Shown in pieces: positions 28,042-38,471 of a stretch of DNA of 64,000 nucleotides; position 1 is the first letter of the stretch, and every line of letters starts with the position of its first letter. A program made the translations under genes and the position numbers. Source of the DNA: an uncultured delta proteobacterium (GTDB lineage Bacteria > Myxococcota > Kuafuiibacteriia > Kuafuiibacteriales > Kuafuiibacteriaceae); the NCBI GenBank assembly GCA_963803435.1, contig CAWDML010000001.1, positions 2,016,001 to 2,080,000 of the forward strand, read 5' to 3'. The notes beneath the pieces were generated by a model that was given only the letters and a program-made list of their open reading frames with translations, did not search any database and was not told the DNA's origin.

Positions 28042-30488
28042 CCCGCTACGTCGAGGTCGCGGTACCCGTCCCGGTGGAGGGACGGTTCCACTACGCGATC
28101 CCCGACGACCTCGACGGCGAGCTGCGCATCGGCCACCGCGTGCTGGTGCCGTTCGGCCCCCGCAGGATGACCGGCTTCGTGGTGGCGCACGCCGACGAGG
28201 TGCCGGAGGCGATCCGTCCCAAGGTGCGGTCGGTGATCGAGCGCCTCGATCGCGAGCCGCTGATCCCCGAGGACGTGCTCGCCCTCGCCCGCTTCGCCGC
28301 CGACTACTACCTGGCGCCGATCGGCGAGGTCCTCAAGATCGCGCTCCCGCCCGGGCTGTCCGCCGGCTCGCAGGTCCGCCTGGTGGCCACACCCGAGGGC
28401 CGCGCGTTCGTTCGCGACGCGGAGACGACGCTCCCGAGCGGCGCCCCGATCAACGAGGCCCAGCGCGCGCTCCTCTCGACGGCGGCCCGCCCCTCGGGCC
28501 TGCGCGGCCCCAAGGCGCGGACCAAGGCTGCGGAGGAGCTGCGCGCGCTGGGCCTCCTGGCCGAGGATCAGAAGCTGGCGGCGCGCCGCGGCGACGGCGA
28601 GCTCGAGATCGCGCGCCGCGTGCTCGACGATGCCGCGGCTGCCAAGATCCTGTCGCGCGCCCCGGCGCAGCGGCGGATCTGGGAGCTCCTGGCCGACGGC
28701 GGCCGCGAGCTGGGCGAGCTCCGGGAGGCCGTCGGTCGCAACTCGGCCGCGCGCGCGATCAAGAAGCTCGTCGCCGAGGGCGCGATCGAGGTGGTGCGCG
28801 TGGCGCGCAGCGAGTACGGGCCCGCAGGCGAGGCGGCCGTGTTCGCCACGGGACACCTCGAGCTCTCACCCGAGCAGGCCGCCGCGCACCGCGCGATCGT
28901 CGAGGCGTTCGAGAAGCGCACCGGTGAGGCCTTCCTGCTCCACGGGGTCACCGGCTCGGGCAAGACCGAGGTGTACCTGCAGGCGATCGGCGAGGTCCGC
29001 GAGCGCGGCCTGGGCGCGATCGTGCTGGTCCCGGAGATCGCGCTGACGCCGCAGCTCGAGAACCGCTTCCGCGCCCGCTTCGGCGACGACGTGGTCGTCC
29101 TCCACTCCGGGGTCGCCGACGGCGAGCGGCGCCGCCGCTGGCACGCGCTGCGGGACGGTCACGCGCGGATCGCGCTGGGACCGCGCTCGGCGCTGTGGGC
29201 GCCGGTCAAGGACCTGGCGATGATCGTCGTGGACGAGGAGCACGACACCTCGTTCAAGCAGGGCAGCGACGTGCGCTACCACGGGCGCGATCTGGCCCTG
29301 ACCCGGGCGCGCCACACTCGATCCGTCGCGATCCTCGGCAGCGCCACGCCCTCGCTGGAGACGCTGCACCTCGCCAAGACCGGTCGGATCACCGAGCTGC
29401 GGCTCACGGCCCGGGCCACCAAGGCCTCGATGCCCGAGATCCGGATGGTGGACCTGGCCGAGGAGAAGCGACAGCTCCGCGGCGACGTCCATCTGCTCTC
29501 GCGCGCGATGGAGGATGGCCTGCGCGAGATCGTGGAGAGGAAGGAGCAGGCGATCCTGTTCCTCAACCGGCGTGGCTTCAATACGATCGTCCACTGCGAC
29601 GACTGCGGCGACGCGCGCACCTGCCCCAGCTGCGACGTCTCGCTGACGCATCACAAGGCGAGCGGCAAGCTCCGCTGTCACTACTGCGATCACGAGGAGC
29701 CGCTCCGCTCGCGCTGCCGGAAGTGCGGCGGCCTGGCCATGCGCGCATACGGCGCCGGCACCGAGCGCATCGCCGAGCTCGTCGAGGAGACGATCCCCGG
29801 CGCCCGAGTCCTTCGTCTCGACCGCGACACCACCCAGCGCGTCGGCGCGCTCGACGAGACCCTGGCCGCGTTCCGCGCCGGTGAGGCCGACGTCATGGTC
29901 GGCACGCAGATGGTCGCGAAGGGTCACGACTTTCCCAAGGTCACGTTCGTGGGGATCCTGCTGGCCGACGCCTCGCTCGCGTTCCCCGACTTCCGCGCCG
30001 CCGAGCGCACGTTCCAGCTCATGACCCAGGTCGCCGGACGCGCCGGTCGCGCCGAGCGTCCCGGGCGCGTGGTGGTCCAGACGTTCCAGCCCGAACACTA
30101 CGCGCTGCAAGCTGCGTTGACGCACGACTCGGACGCCTTCTTCGCCGCCGAGGCGCCCCAGCGCGAGCGGGCACTCTATCCTCCGTACGCGCGGATGGGG
30201 TTGGTCCGGATCGAGTCGCGCGACGCCGGCGCGGCCGAGTCCACGGCCCATCGGGTGGCGGCGGCCGGCGAGCGCGCCCGCGCGGCGGATCCCGACCTCC
30301 GGATCAAGGGCCCTGCGCCGGCGCCGATCGCCCGCCTCCGGGATCGCTGGCGCTGGCTGGTGATGATCCTCGCACCGACGCCGGCCCGGCTCTCGAACGC
30401 GATGAAGCGGATGAAGGGTGACCTCGCGGCCGACGTGCAACGGAGGGCCGATCTGGTGTTCGACGTGGACGCGATCGACCTCCTCTGA
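28038..30488 (+). CDS. priA: Primosomal protein N'
   Basis: GVTGSGKT, VPEIALTPQ, DEEH, four CxxC pairs and GTQMVAKGHDFP. Confidence 0.97.
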   Translation: MTRYVEVAVPVPVEGRFHYAIPDDLDGELRIGHRVLVPFGPRRMTGFVVAHADEVPEAIRPKVRSVIERLDREPLIPEDVLALARFAADYYLAPIGEVLKIALPPGLSAGSQVRLVATPEGRAFVRDAETTLPSGAPINEAQRALLSTAARPSGLRGPKARTKAAEELRALGLLAEDQKLAARRGDGELEIARRVLDDAAAAKILSRAPAQRRIWELLADGGRELGELREAVGRNSAARAIKKLVAEGAIEVVRVARSEYGPAGEAAVFATGHLELSPEQAAAHRAIVEAFEKRTGEAFLLHGVTGSGKTEVYLQAIGEVRERGLGAIVLVPEIALTPQLENRFRARFGDDVVVLHSGVADGERRRRWHALRDGHARIALGPRSALWAPVKDLAMIVVDEEHDTSFKQGSDVRYHGRDLALTRARHTRSVAILGSATPSLETLHLAKTGRITELRLTARATKASMPEIRMVDLAEEKRQLRGDVHLLSRAMEDGLREIVERKEQAILFLNRRGFNTIVHCDDCGDARTCPSCDVSLTHHKASGKLRCHYCDHEEPLRSRCRKCGGLAMRAYGAGTERIAELVEETIPGARVLRLDRDTTQRVGALDETLAAFRAGEADVMVGTQMVAKGHDFPKVTFVGILLADASLAFPDFRAAERTFQLMTQVAGRAGRAERPGRVVVQTFQPEHYALQAALTHDSDAFFAAEAPQRERALYPPYARMGLVRIESRDAGAAESTAHRVAAAGERARAADPDLRIKGPAPAPIARLRDRWRWLVMILAPTPARLSNAMKRMKGDLAADVQRRADLVFDVDAIDLL

Positions 30489-30593
30489 GAGGCAACAGCT
30501 GCAAGTCGGCAGCCCTCGGCGCGCCGCGAGCGGATCCAAAGTGAGGAGCGCTCGCCTGGCCTCGCCTTTGCTTTTCCCTCACGAGGCCAGGAA

Positions 30594-32066
30594 ATGACGA
30601 CCATCACTCGAACCGACTTCACCTCGAGATTCGCGACGCGCGGCGGGTACATCGACGTCGACCACATGTCGCCGGACCTCCAGCGCGCGTTCCAGCAGCA
30701 CGGGATCTCCGAAGACGAGCTACAGGACATCGCGGGTCAGGATCACGTGATCCGCGGCTCGGCCGAGTTCAGCCGTCTGTTCAATCGAATCGACGAGCTC
30801 GACAGCAACGGATCCTCCCGATCGATCGACACGGGCCGCAGCAGCAGCCTGACCCGGGCCGGCGAGGTCTATGAGGCGATCCACCGCGAGGTCGACGGCA
30901 ACCGCAGCCGCGCCGACCGCGAAGGCGGCGCCCGCTTCACCGGCGATCGCACGCTCGAGTCCGTGATGGACGGACACACCGTCCTCCGCGAGGGCGCCCG
31001 CGGCGAGCACGTCCGCAAGGTGCAGCAGGCCCTCATCGACACCGGGTTCATGAACCCGAACGGCGCCACCGGCGTCTACAACCGGGACACCCGACTCGCG
31101 GTCGAGCGCTTCCAGCGAGAGACCGGCCTCGGCGTCGACGGCGCCGTCGGCGGCGAGACGCTGGGCGCGCTGGCCGCCACCGCGCCGCCGCCCGGGCATC
31201 AGCTCGAGCGCCGGGCCGAGTACGATCGGCTCTACCGGGACGGACGCCTCGACGTGACGATCGCGCTCGGCTACGACGAGCATGGCACCGAGCCCGCCAC
31301 CGAGCGCCAGGTCCTCTCGGGCCTCCGCGCCCAGGGCTACCGTCCGCTCGACGTCGCCCACCTGTCCTCGGCGGATCGCCAGCGCCTCGGCCTCACCGAC
31401 GATCGGTACGATCCGAATGCGCGCTACTTCTGCCGCACCTTCCAGGATCCCCAGACCGGCCACGACGTCCAGGCGGTGGTCCGGCTGATCACGCCCGGCT
31501 CCGACGGCGCCCAGGCGCGGCGGAGCTTCGAGCAGGCGCTCCGGCAGGATGAGGTCGTCTTCTACGGCGGCCACGCGCGCTACGGCACCGGCCCGGACTT
31601 CGACGACATCAACTCGGGCGCGGGCAACTTCGTCGTCGATCCCCACGGGAACCGCCACGCCGACACGCCGCCGGCGGGTCTGCGCGACTCCATCCGCGGC
31701 CGCCGCAGCGATCTGGGTGCCTCCTCGGATCGCCCCGAGTATCAGCTCCTCGCGTTCAACGCCTGCACCACCGAGGAGTACCTGCACAACCTCCGCGATC
31801 CGGGCACGTTCGGCCGCACCCAGCAGGACACGGACATCATCACCACGACCATGCCCACCCGGCTCGGCACCACCGGGCAGCACGCCCTGCGCTTCCTCGA
31901 GGGTGTCACCAGCCGCGAGTCGAACAACACGATGCTCGGCGCGATGAACAGCGACGAGCAGGCCTACCTCCGCCGCATCGGCATGGACGACCTGGTGGAC
32001 CGCGCCGGATACACGTACACGGAGAGCGGTTTCCTCACCAACCCGAGCAACACGACCACCCCGTGA
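30594..32066 (+). CDS. Peptidoglycan-binding domain protein with putative His-Cys peptidase domain
   Basis: LREGARGEHVRKVQQAL..FQRETGL.VDGAVG; FYGGHARYG and FNAC motifs. Confidence 0.75.
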   Translation: MTTITRTDFTSRFATRGGYIDVDHMSPDLQRAFQQHGISEDELQDIAGQDHVIRGSAEFSRLFNRIDELDSNGSSRSIDTGRSSSLTRAGEVYEAIHREVDGNRSRADREGGARFTGDRTLESVMDGHTVLREGARGEHVRKVQQALIDTGFMNPNGATGVYNRDTRLAVERFQRETGLGVDGAVGGETLGALAATAPPPGHQLERRAEYDRLYRDGRLDVTIALGYDEHGTEPATERQVLSGLRAQGYRPLDVAHLSSADRQRLGLTDDRYDPNARYFCRTFQDPQTGHDVQAVVRLITPGSDGAQARRSFEQALRQDEVVFYGGHARYGTGPDFDDINSGAGNFVVDPHGNRHADTPPAGLRDSIRGRRSDLGASSDRPEYQLLAFNACTTEEYLHNLRDPGTFGRTQQDTDIITTTMPTRLGTTGQHALRFLEGVTSRESNNTMLGAMNSDEQAYLRRIGMDDLVDRAGYTYTESGFLTNPSNTTTP

Positions 32067-32084
32067 GTCGGCCGGCCGACCTTC

Positions 32085-32100
32085 TGTCGGTATACCGACA
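32085..32100. promoter_or_regulatory. Perfect 16-bp palindrome, candidate operator
   Basis: TGTCGGTATACCGACA, 40 nt upstream of the SDR start. Confidence 0.5.
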
Positions 32101-32140
32101 TTCATGACGACTTGCCAACAGCCCGACCTACGCTGGGGGC

Positions 32141-32863
32141 ATGAAGAGCTTCAAAGAGACGTCAGCGTTGATCACCGGCGGGAGCCGCGGCTTGGGACGG
32201 GCGCTCGGCGCAGCCTTGGCAGCGCGAGGAGCACGCGTGGTGCTGGTCGCACGCGGCCGCGTCGATCTCGATGAGGCGGTACGAGAGATCAAAGAGGCGG
32301 GAGGTGAGGTCCACGGGCTGTTGGCCGACATCGGCGATCCGTCCGCGCCGCAGCGGGTCGTGCACGAGGCGGCCGCGCTGGTGGGCCCGATCGATCTCCT
32401 CCTCAACAATGCCAGCACCCTGGGTCCGACCCCGCTCCGTCTCCTCTTCGACCTGGACCGGAGCGACTTCGAGCGCACGCTCGCCGTCAACCTGCTGGGA
32501 CCCCTCCAGCTGGCTCGGGTCGCGGGCGGCTCGATGGCCGTCCGAGGCGGCGGCACCATCGTCAACATCAGCTCCGACGCGGCCGTGGAACCCTATCCCC
32601 GGTGGGGCGCGTACGGCGCCTCGAAGGCCGCGCTCGATCAGCTGAGCGCGATCCTGGCGGCCGAGCTTCGGGACGCCCGCGTTCGAGTGCTCGCGATCGA
32701 TCCGGGCGAGATGGACACGGACATGCACCGCGACGCGATCCCGGACGCCGATCCGAGCGACCTCGCCGATCCGCGCGGGGTCGCCGAGAGGATCCTCGAG
32801 ATCCTGGCGTCGCCCCTCGAGAGCGGCGCCCGCGTGGCCGCCCAGAGCTGGAGGTCCGCATGA
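32141..32863 (+). CDS. SDR family oxidoreductase
   Basis: TGGSRGLG, NNA and YGASK motifs. Confidence 0.93.
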   Translation: MKSFKETSALITGGSRGLGRALGAALAARGARVVLVARGRVDLDEAVREIKEAGGEVHGLLADIGDPSAPQRVVHEAAALVGPIDLLLNNASTLGPTPLRLLFDLDRSDFERTLAVNLLGPLQLARVAGGSMAVRGGGTIVNISSDAAVEPYPRWGAYGASKAALDQLSAILAAELRDARVRVLAIDPGEMDTDMHRDAIPDADPSDLADPRGVAERILEILASPLESGARVAAQSWRSA

Positions 32864-33873
32864 GCCCCCGCCGGTCACCGCCCAAGAACCGCGAGGCGGT
32901 CCGCCTGCTCTCGCTCGATCGGGCGCGCGGCACGCTGATCGACGCGCGGGCCGACGAGCTCCCCGCGCTGTTGTCCCCCGGCGACCTGCTGGTGGTGAAC
33001 GACGCGGCCACTCTCCCCGCCTCGCTCTTCGGCACCACGGAGAGCGGTGATGCGATCGAGGTCCGTCTCTGCGGCCAGCACGGCGCGCGCTTCCGAGCGG
33101 TCCTGTTCGGCGACGGCGACTGGCGGACGCGCACCGAGGACCGGCCTCCGCCGCCTCCGGTCGAAGCCGGCGAGCGCATCGAGCTGGGGGACCTCTCCGC
33201 GTTCGTGCACGAGGTCAGCGCCATCTCGCCGCGGATGGTGGAGCTCGAGTTCGATTGCTCGGGCGCCGTGCTCTGGGAGGCGCTCTATTCGGTGGGCCAC
33301 CCGGTGCAGTACGCGCACCTCGAGGACGACCTCGAGCTCTCCGCCGTCCAGACGTCGTACTCCGGTCGTCCCTTCGCGTTCGAGATGCCGAGCGCAGGCC
33401 GGCCGCTCAGCTTCGACATCCTGTCCCAGCTGCGCGCGCGCGGCGTCCGCATCGCGACCCTGCTCCACGCGGCCGGATTGAGCGCCACCGGCAATCCGAA
33501 GCTCGACGCGGCCCTCCCGCTCCCCGAGGCCTACGAGCTCCCCGCCGAGACGATCCGAGGGATCGAGGAGGCGCACGCGAACGGGCATCGAGTCATCGCA
33601 GTGGGGACGACGGTGGTGCGTGCGCTCGAGGGCTGCGCAAAGACGCACGGCCGCCTGGTGGCGGGCGAGGGTGTGACGGATCTGGTGATCGACGCCGGGT
33701 TCCATCCGACCGTCGTGGACGGCCTCATCAGCGGGCTCCACGAGCCGAGCGAGAGCCACTACCGGCTGCTCCGCGCGTTCGCCGACGACGCGGTCCTGCG
33801 CAAGGCGCTCGCCCACGCCGAGCGGGTCGGCTACCACGACCATGAGCTCGGCGATCTGATGCTGATGCGCTAA
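32860..33873 (+). CDS. QueA-like S-adenosylmethionine:tRNA ribosyltransferase-isomerase (divergent paralogue)
   Basis: GDLLVVND, VIAVGTTVVRALE, GLHEP and GDLML motifs; ATGA overlap with the SDR. Confidence 0.8.
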   Translation: MSPRRSPPKNREAVRLLSLDRARGTLIDARADELPALLSPGDLLVVNDAATLPASLFGTTESGDAIEVRLCGQHGARFRAVLFGDGDWRTRTEDRPPPPPVEAGERIELGDLSAFVHEVSAISPRMVELEFDCSGAVLWEALYSVGHPVQYAHLEDDLELSAVQTSYSGRPFAFEMPSAGRPLSFDILSQLRARGVRIATLLHAAGLSATGNPKLDAALPLPEAYELPAETIRGIEEAHANGHRVIAVGTTVVRALEGCAKTHGRLVAGEGVTDLVIDAGFHPTVVDGLISGLHEPSESHYRLLRAFADDAVLRKALAHAERVGYHDHELGDLMLMR

Positions 33874-34237
33874 CCTCGAGGAGGCGGCGAAACCGGTGAG
33901 GCGCTCGACAAAATGGCCGACTCTCGATGCTTCGGGCGACCCGGGTGGGCTCGCAGTTTTCAGGTGCTAGCCGACAGCAAGATCAGGCCGCAAGCCGAGC
34001 CTCCGTCACCACCTTCTCGATCTCCGCCTCGCACGCTTTCCGGGCGCGTCGGAGCGGACCGCGCATCGTCCGACAGCTGACACTGTGTCCGATGAGGCCT
34101 ACTGACCAGCACCGGCGAGATGACCGGACAGCCGCGGTGCTCGTGGAGAAACCGCTGCGAGCTGTCGACGCGGGGCTGCGCCAGCACGGAATTCGAGTGA
34201 ACTCGAGCGTTTCAGGCGCAGCCTCGCGAACCTGAGC

Positions 34238-34657
34238 TCAGAGATCGCTCGTCTGGATCTTGAGGATCTTGTGAATGGCGCGAAGGATGTCGCGGCGGCT
34301 GATCACGCCCACGAGCTTGCCGTTCTCCACCACCGGGAAGCGCCGGTAGATCTTCTTCATGAACACGCCGGCCGCGTAGTAGAGGTCCATGTCCGGGGGA
34401 AGGATCGCCGGATCCGCAGCCATGAACTCCGAGACGGTGCCCTCCGGCGGCGCGTGGTTCACGCCCTTCGCCAGGAGCGGCAGGCAGTCCTTCTCGGAGA
34501 GCATCCCCACCACTCGATTCTCGCCGTCCACCACGGGAGCCCCCGAGATCGCGTGCTTCACCAGGAGGTCGACGGCATCGACGATCGGCGTCTCCGGTCG
34601 CAACGTCCGTACCTTCTTGGTCATGTAATCGCGCACGAGCGGGAGCTTGTTCATCAC
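34238..34657 (-). CDS. CBS domain protein
   Basis: Two CBS motifs (ISGAPVVD..VGMLSEKD; FPVVE..VGVISRRD). Confidence 0.9.
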   Translation of the reverse strand: MMNKLPLVRDYMTKKVRTLRPETPIVDAVDLLVKHAISGAPVVDGENRVVGMLSEKDCLPLLAKGVNHAPPEGTVSEFMAADPAILPPDMDLYYAAGVFMKKIYRRFPVVENGKLVGVISRRDILRAIHKILKIQTSDL

Positions 34658-34679
34658 TCCCTTTGTAGCGCACTCGGCG

Positions 34680-35330
34680 TCATCTCCCCAAGAGCAGCGC
34701 CCGCAGCCATCGCCACGCCGAAGCCGGCGAAGGCCACAGCGCGAAGAGCGCGTAACGAGCGCGCCGGAGCGGGCGTCCGACGTTGCGGCTCGCCAGCCCT
34801 TCCAGCATCTGTCTGGCCTGAACGGCCTCTCCCTGCTTCCGAAGGACGTGCGCCAGGTCGAAGGTCGCCTCGAAGTGCCAGGGCTCGATCCCTCGAACGC
34901 GCTCCAGGAGTCGGAGCCGCTCCGTCCGGAACCGCTTGCCCTTGAAGTTCTTGCGCGCGTCGAGCAGCACCTTGATCGCGTCGGCGTGACGCGCCTTGAC
35001 CAGCTGCACGTCTGCGACCCGCTCCCAGAGATCGAGATCGGTGGGAAGATAGTGGACGGCTGTCAGGTAGACCGCGAGCGCTTTGTCCTGAAAGCCGCGA
35101 TCGTCGTAGGCCTCGGCGGCGATCAGGAAGCTCGCCCGCGCCTCGGTCGGCTTCCTGTACTCCGCCAGCGCCATCGCGAGCTTGTGATGGACCATCGGAT
35201 CCGGACCATCGTTCTCGAGGATCTTCTTGTACTCGGCGATCGCCTTCTTCTGCTTGCCCTTCTTCTGGGCTTCCGAGGCGACCGTCAGCGAATCGCGACG
35301 GCTGTAAGGCTTTCGCCCGAACAGGCTCAT
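34680..35330 (-). CDS. TPR protein
   Basis: GGAGG RBS before ATG at 35330; TPR-like helices. Confidence 0.75.
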   Translation of the reverse strand: MSLFGRKPYSRRDSLTVASEAQKKGKQKKAIAEYKKILENDGPDPMVHHKLAMALAEYRKPTEARASFLIAAEAYDDRGFQDKALAVYLTAVHYLPTDLDLWERVADVQLVKARHADAIKVLLDARKNFKGKRFRTERLRLLERVRGIEPWHFEATFDLAHVLRKQGEAVQARQMLEGLASRNVGRPLRRARYALFALWPSPASAWRWLRALLLGR

Positions 35331-35449
35331 TCCCTCCAAAAGGTACCGTGGCCCAGTTGGCGTCCGCCAGGGGGCTTCCGTATTCTCTGATCTCTTTGGC
35401 ACGCGCCAGGCGCCAACATCCCCCTCCCGCGTCGACCAGCGAAGCACGC

Positions 35450-37340
35450 ATGGCGCGGCGGCTGCTCTGGCTCATCCCCACCTCGATGATCGGGCTGTTC
35501 CTCCTCTTGCGGTTGGTGGTCACCTCGGAGGTCGTGAGTCGCGAGCTCGCCACCGAGGCGGCAGGCGAGCTTGCGAATCGCACGCGCTCCTCCGTGCAGC
35601 TTTCGGGGCTGACGTTCAGCTGGTCGTTCGCGCCCTGTTTCGAGCACGTCGAGATCTACCGCTACACCGGCCCCTACAAGATCAAGGTGGCCACCGAGGA
35701 AGCATGCGTGGAGCGGTGGTCCTCCGCGGTGGGGTCCGGGTTCCATGCTGTGCGCATCAAGCTGCTCCGCCCCTCCATCGAGCTCTCCGGGAATCCGGCA
35801 GGCGAAGCCGAGCCTGCGTTCGTCGACGTCAAGCCGACCGCCTCGGAGATCGGCGAGAAGGTGAAAGGGACGCTCCGCGAGGTTCAGATCGTGTTCGACG
35901 ATCTGAGGCTCGACTGGGACTCGATGCCGTTTCCCTCCCGGTTCGCCAGCGGCACCTTCGGTCCGATCGACGGCCTGATCACGGTGCAGAAGCGCGGCAA
36001 CATGTCGGCGGCGTCGATCGCTCTTCGCGAGCCCGCCACCCGCTCATCCATCAACGGGCGCGTCACCCCGACGCCGACGGGCTGGAACCTCTCCGCTGGC
36101 GTGGAGGGCGACGTGGTCCCGATCTTCGACTCGCTCCTGGAGGCCGCCTCGCTCGATCTGCGGAAGCTCCCCTCGATGGGCCGGATCGGCGTCGACTACC
36201 GGTCGACCGAGCGCACCGCCACCATCAATCTCGACCTCGAGCAGCGGGACATCGACTTCGCGAACGACATCGTCTCCTCCAGCCGACTCCGCGGCTTCAA
36301 CGCCCACCAGAAGATGCGCGTCGACGTCGACCTCGACGCCGGACGCCTGGAGATCAGGGACGGCCTGGTGGAGATGAACCGAATCCCGTTGGTCTTCTCG
36401 GTGAGCGTGGTGCCGAACGAGAGCTCGCCCTCATTCTCGCTGGGCGTCGACCTGCGGACCACCTCGCTCCCCCGGCTGCTCCGCTCGGTGCCCGGCGCGG
36501 TCGAGCTCGAGATGACCGACAAGATGTCCCCGTCGATCAGCTTTGCCTTCGCCTTCTCGATGACCGGCGAGCTGAAGAACCCCGCCACCTGGACCCCCAA
36601 GCTGGAGCATCGCTTCCAGGGCCTGGGTGACGGCGCCGAGAGCGGGATCGAGTACCTGTCGAGTCAGTTCGAGTATCGCCCCCTCACCGAGGAGGGCCGG
36701 GCGAGCGAGCCGCGCAAGGTCGGCCGCGGGTTGCCCGGCTGGGTCGAGTACAAGGACGTCCCGTACCTCCAGCGTCGCTGCATCCTGGTCTCCGAGGACT
36801 CGACCTTCTTCTTCCACAACGGCGTCGAGCTGGAGGAGATGCGGGCCGCGATCGAGGCGGCGCTCGAGAACGGAGAGAAGGCCCGCGGCGGCTCGACGCT
36901 GACGCAGCAGCTCGTCAAGAACCTATTCCTCTCCCGGGATCGCACGGCGCTCCGCAAGCTGCAGGAGCTTCTGCTCACCTTCTATCTCGAGTCGAACCTG
37001 AAGAAGGAATACCTCTTCGAGCTCTACGTGAACCTCATCGAGTGGGGCCCCGACATCTACGGCCTCCACGACGCCTCGATGCACTACTTCGGCCGGCCAC
37101 CGAAGAAGCTGACACCGAAGGAGATGGCGTACCTCGCCGCGATCATCCCCGGGCCGCTGCTCTATCACCGGCAGTACGAGCGGGGCCACATCTCCGCGAA
37201 GATGGCAGGACGCGTGAACGGGCTGCTCGAGCGCCTCAACCGCCTCGGTCAGCTCCCTGACGATCAGCTGGCCGAGGCGAAGGAGCGAGAAGATCAGGTT
37301 CTTCAAGCCGAAGAACGGCGCGCACAAGTCCGGCGGCTAG
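35450..37340 (+). CDS. Monofunctional peptidoglycan transglycosylase (GT51) with long N-terminal domain (probable frameshift near 37285)
   Basis: SEDSTFFFHNG, GGSTLTQQLVKN, RKLQE and YVNLIEWG motifs; a frame change gives a TAG stop at 37338-37340. Confidence 0.85.
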
Positions 37341-38428
37341 TCGAAACCTCGGGCGCCTTCGCTCACGGCCGCCTCGACGGAGAGATCGAGCTGGCGGAAC
37401 AAGCCGTCGTTGCGATCGTGCTCGAAGCCCTCGAGGTTCTCCGCGTAGCGAGGCGCGCGCCTCAGGAACGCCCGGACGCCCTCGGCGGTGATCTCGCGCG
37501 TGCGCTCGCCGTAGCCGAGCTTCGCGAGGTAATTCGCGTTGAGGATCTGCTCGAACTGTCCTACCAGCGGGATCGAGAGCATCGGCTTGCCCAGGTACAC
37601 GGCCTCGCCCATCAGCGTGAAGCCACCGCCCGCGATCACGGCGCGGGACGACGCCAGATCGTCGATGAACGTGGTCTCCGAGAAGGGACAGAAGGTCAGG
37701 TTGCCCTCGACCACCGGCGCCGTCAGATCACGTCGCAGGCCGTAGATCCGGAACGGGCAGTCGATCTGGGCCAGCTCGTCGACCAGCGAGGCGTGGCTGG
37801 TGCCGGATTGATAGACAACCACGTGATCGCCGGCTCGGGCGCCGGCCTTGGCGTCGAGGATGACGTCACGAAGGATCGGGGGATGGAGCGTGGTCCGCGG
37901 CCGATCCACGGCAGGATAGAAGAAGGTGGTCACCAGGTAGTGATTACAGCGTGGGAGCTTGGCGCGCACGATCGACTTGGCGAGCAGGTAGCTCTTCGAG
38001 CTGTCGCCGATGACGTCGTCGTCGTGATGGCATCGGGAGATGATCTGCATGTTGTCGACGGACACGATCGGGACGCGCTGTCCCTTGGCGAACCAGTAGG
38101 TCCACGACTCGAAGTCGGAGATCACCACGTGCGGCGAGAACTCGCGGGCGGTCTCGGCATAGGCGCGAAAGTTGTCCGGGACGTCGAAGATCGACTTCAG
38201 GTTCTCCAGCGCGGTCTTCATCTTCTGGACCACGTTGTCCTCGTAGACCATCGTCAGGCCGGTAATCTCGGTGACCCGTCCCGGATGGCGCTCGGCGAGA
38301 TACTTGGCGGCGCGGCCCGACACCACGATCCGGACGTCGTGCCCCGCACCCGCCAGATGGTCGAGCACCACCGCGGAGCGCATCGCGTGCCCCATACCTT
38401 CACCGACGACGCCGTAGAGGATCCTCAT
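37337..38428 (-). CDS. MJ1255/VC2487-family glycosyltransferase
   Basis: YGVVGEGMGHAMR, SDFE, GGGFTL.GEA and QFEQ..NA motifs. Confidence 0.88.
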   Translation of the reverse strand: MRILYGVVGEGMGHAMRSAVVLDHLAGAGHDVRIVVSGRAAKYLAERHPGRVTEITGLTMVYEDNVVQKMKTALENLKSIFDVPDNFRAYAETAREFSPHVVISDFESWTYWFAKGQRVPIVSVDNMQIISRCHHDDDVIGDSSKSYLLAKSIVRAKLPRCNHYLVTTFFYPAVDRPRTTLHPPILRDVILDAKAGARAGDHVVVYQSGTSHASLVDELAQIDCPFRIYGLRRDLTAPVVEGNLTFCPFSETTFIDDLASSRAVIAGGGFTLMGEAVYLGKPMLSIPLVGQFEQILNANYLAKLGYGERTREITAEGVRAFLRRAPRYAENLEGFEHDRNDGLFRQLDLSVEAAVSEGARGFD

Positions 38429-38471
38429 CGGTCGGATACGCTACACCAGCTTGGAACCGGCCCGGTAGGCC

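Noticed and set aside
33880-34230. Intergenic region, possible ncRNA or gene remnant
   Set aside because: No recognisable RNA structure or protein family.
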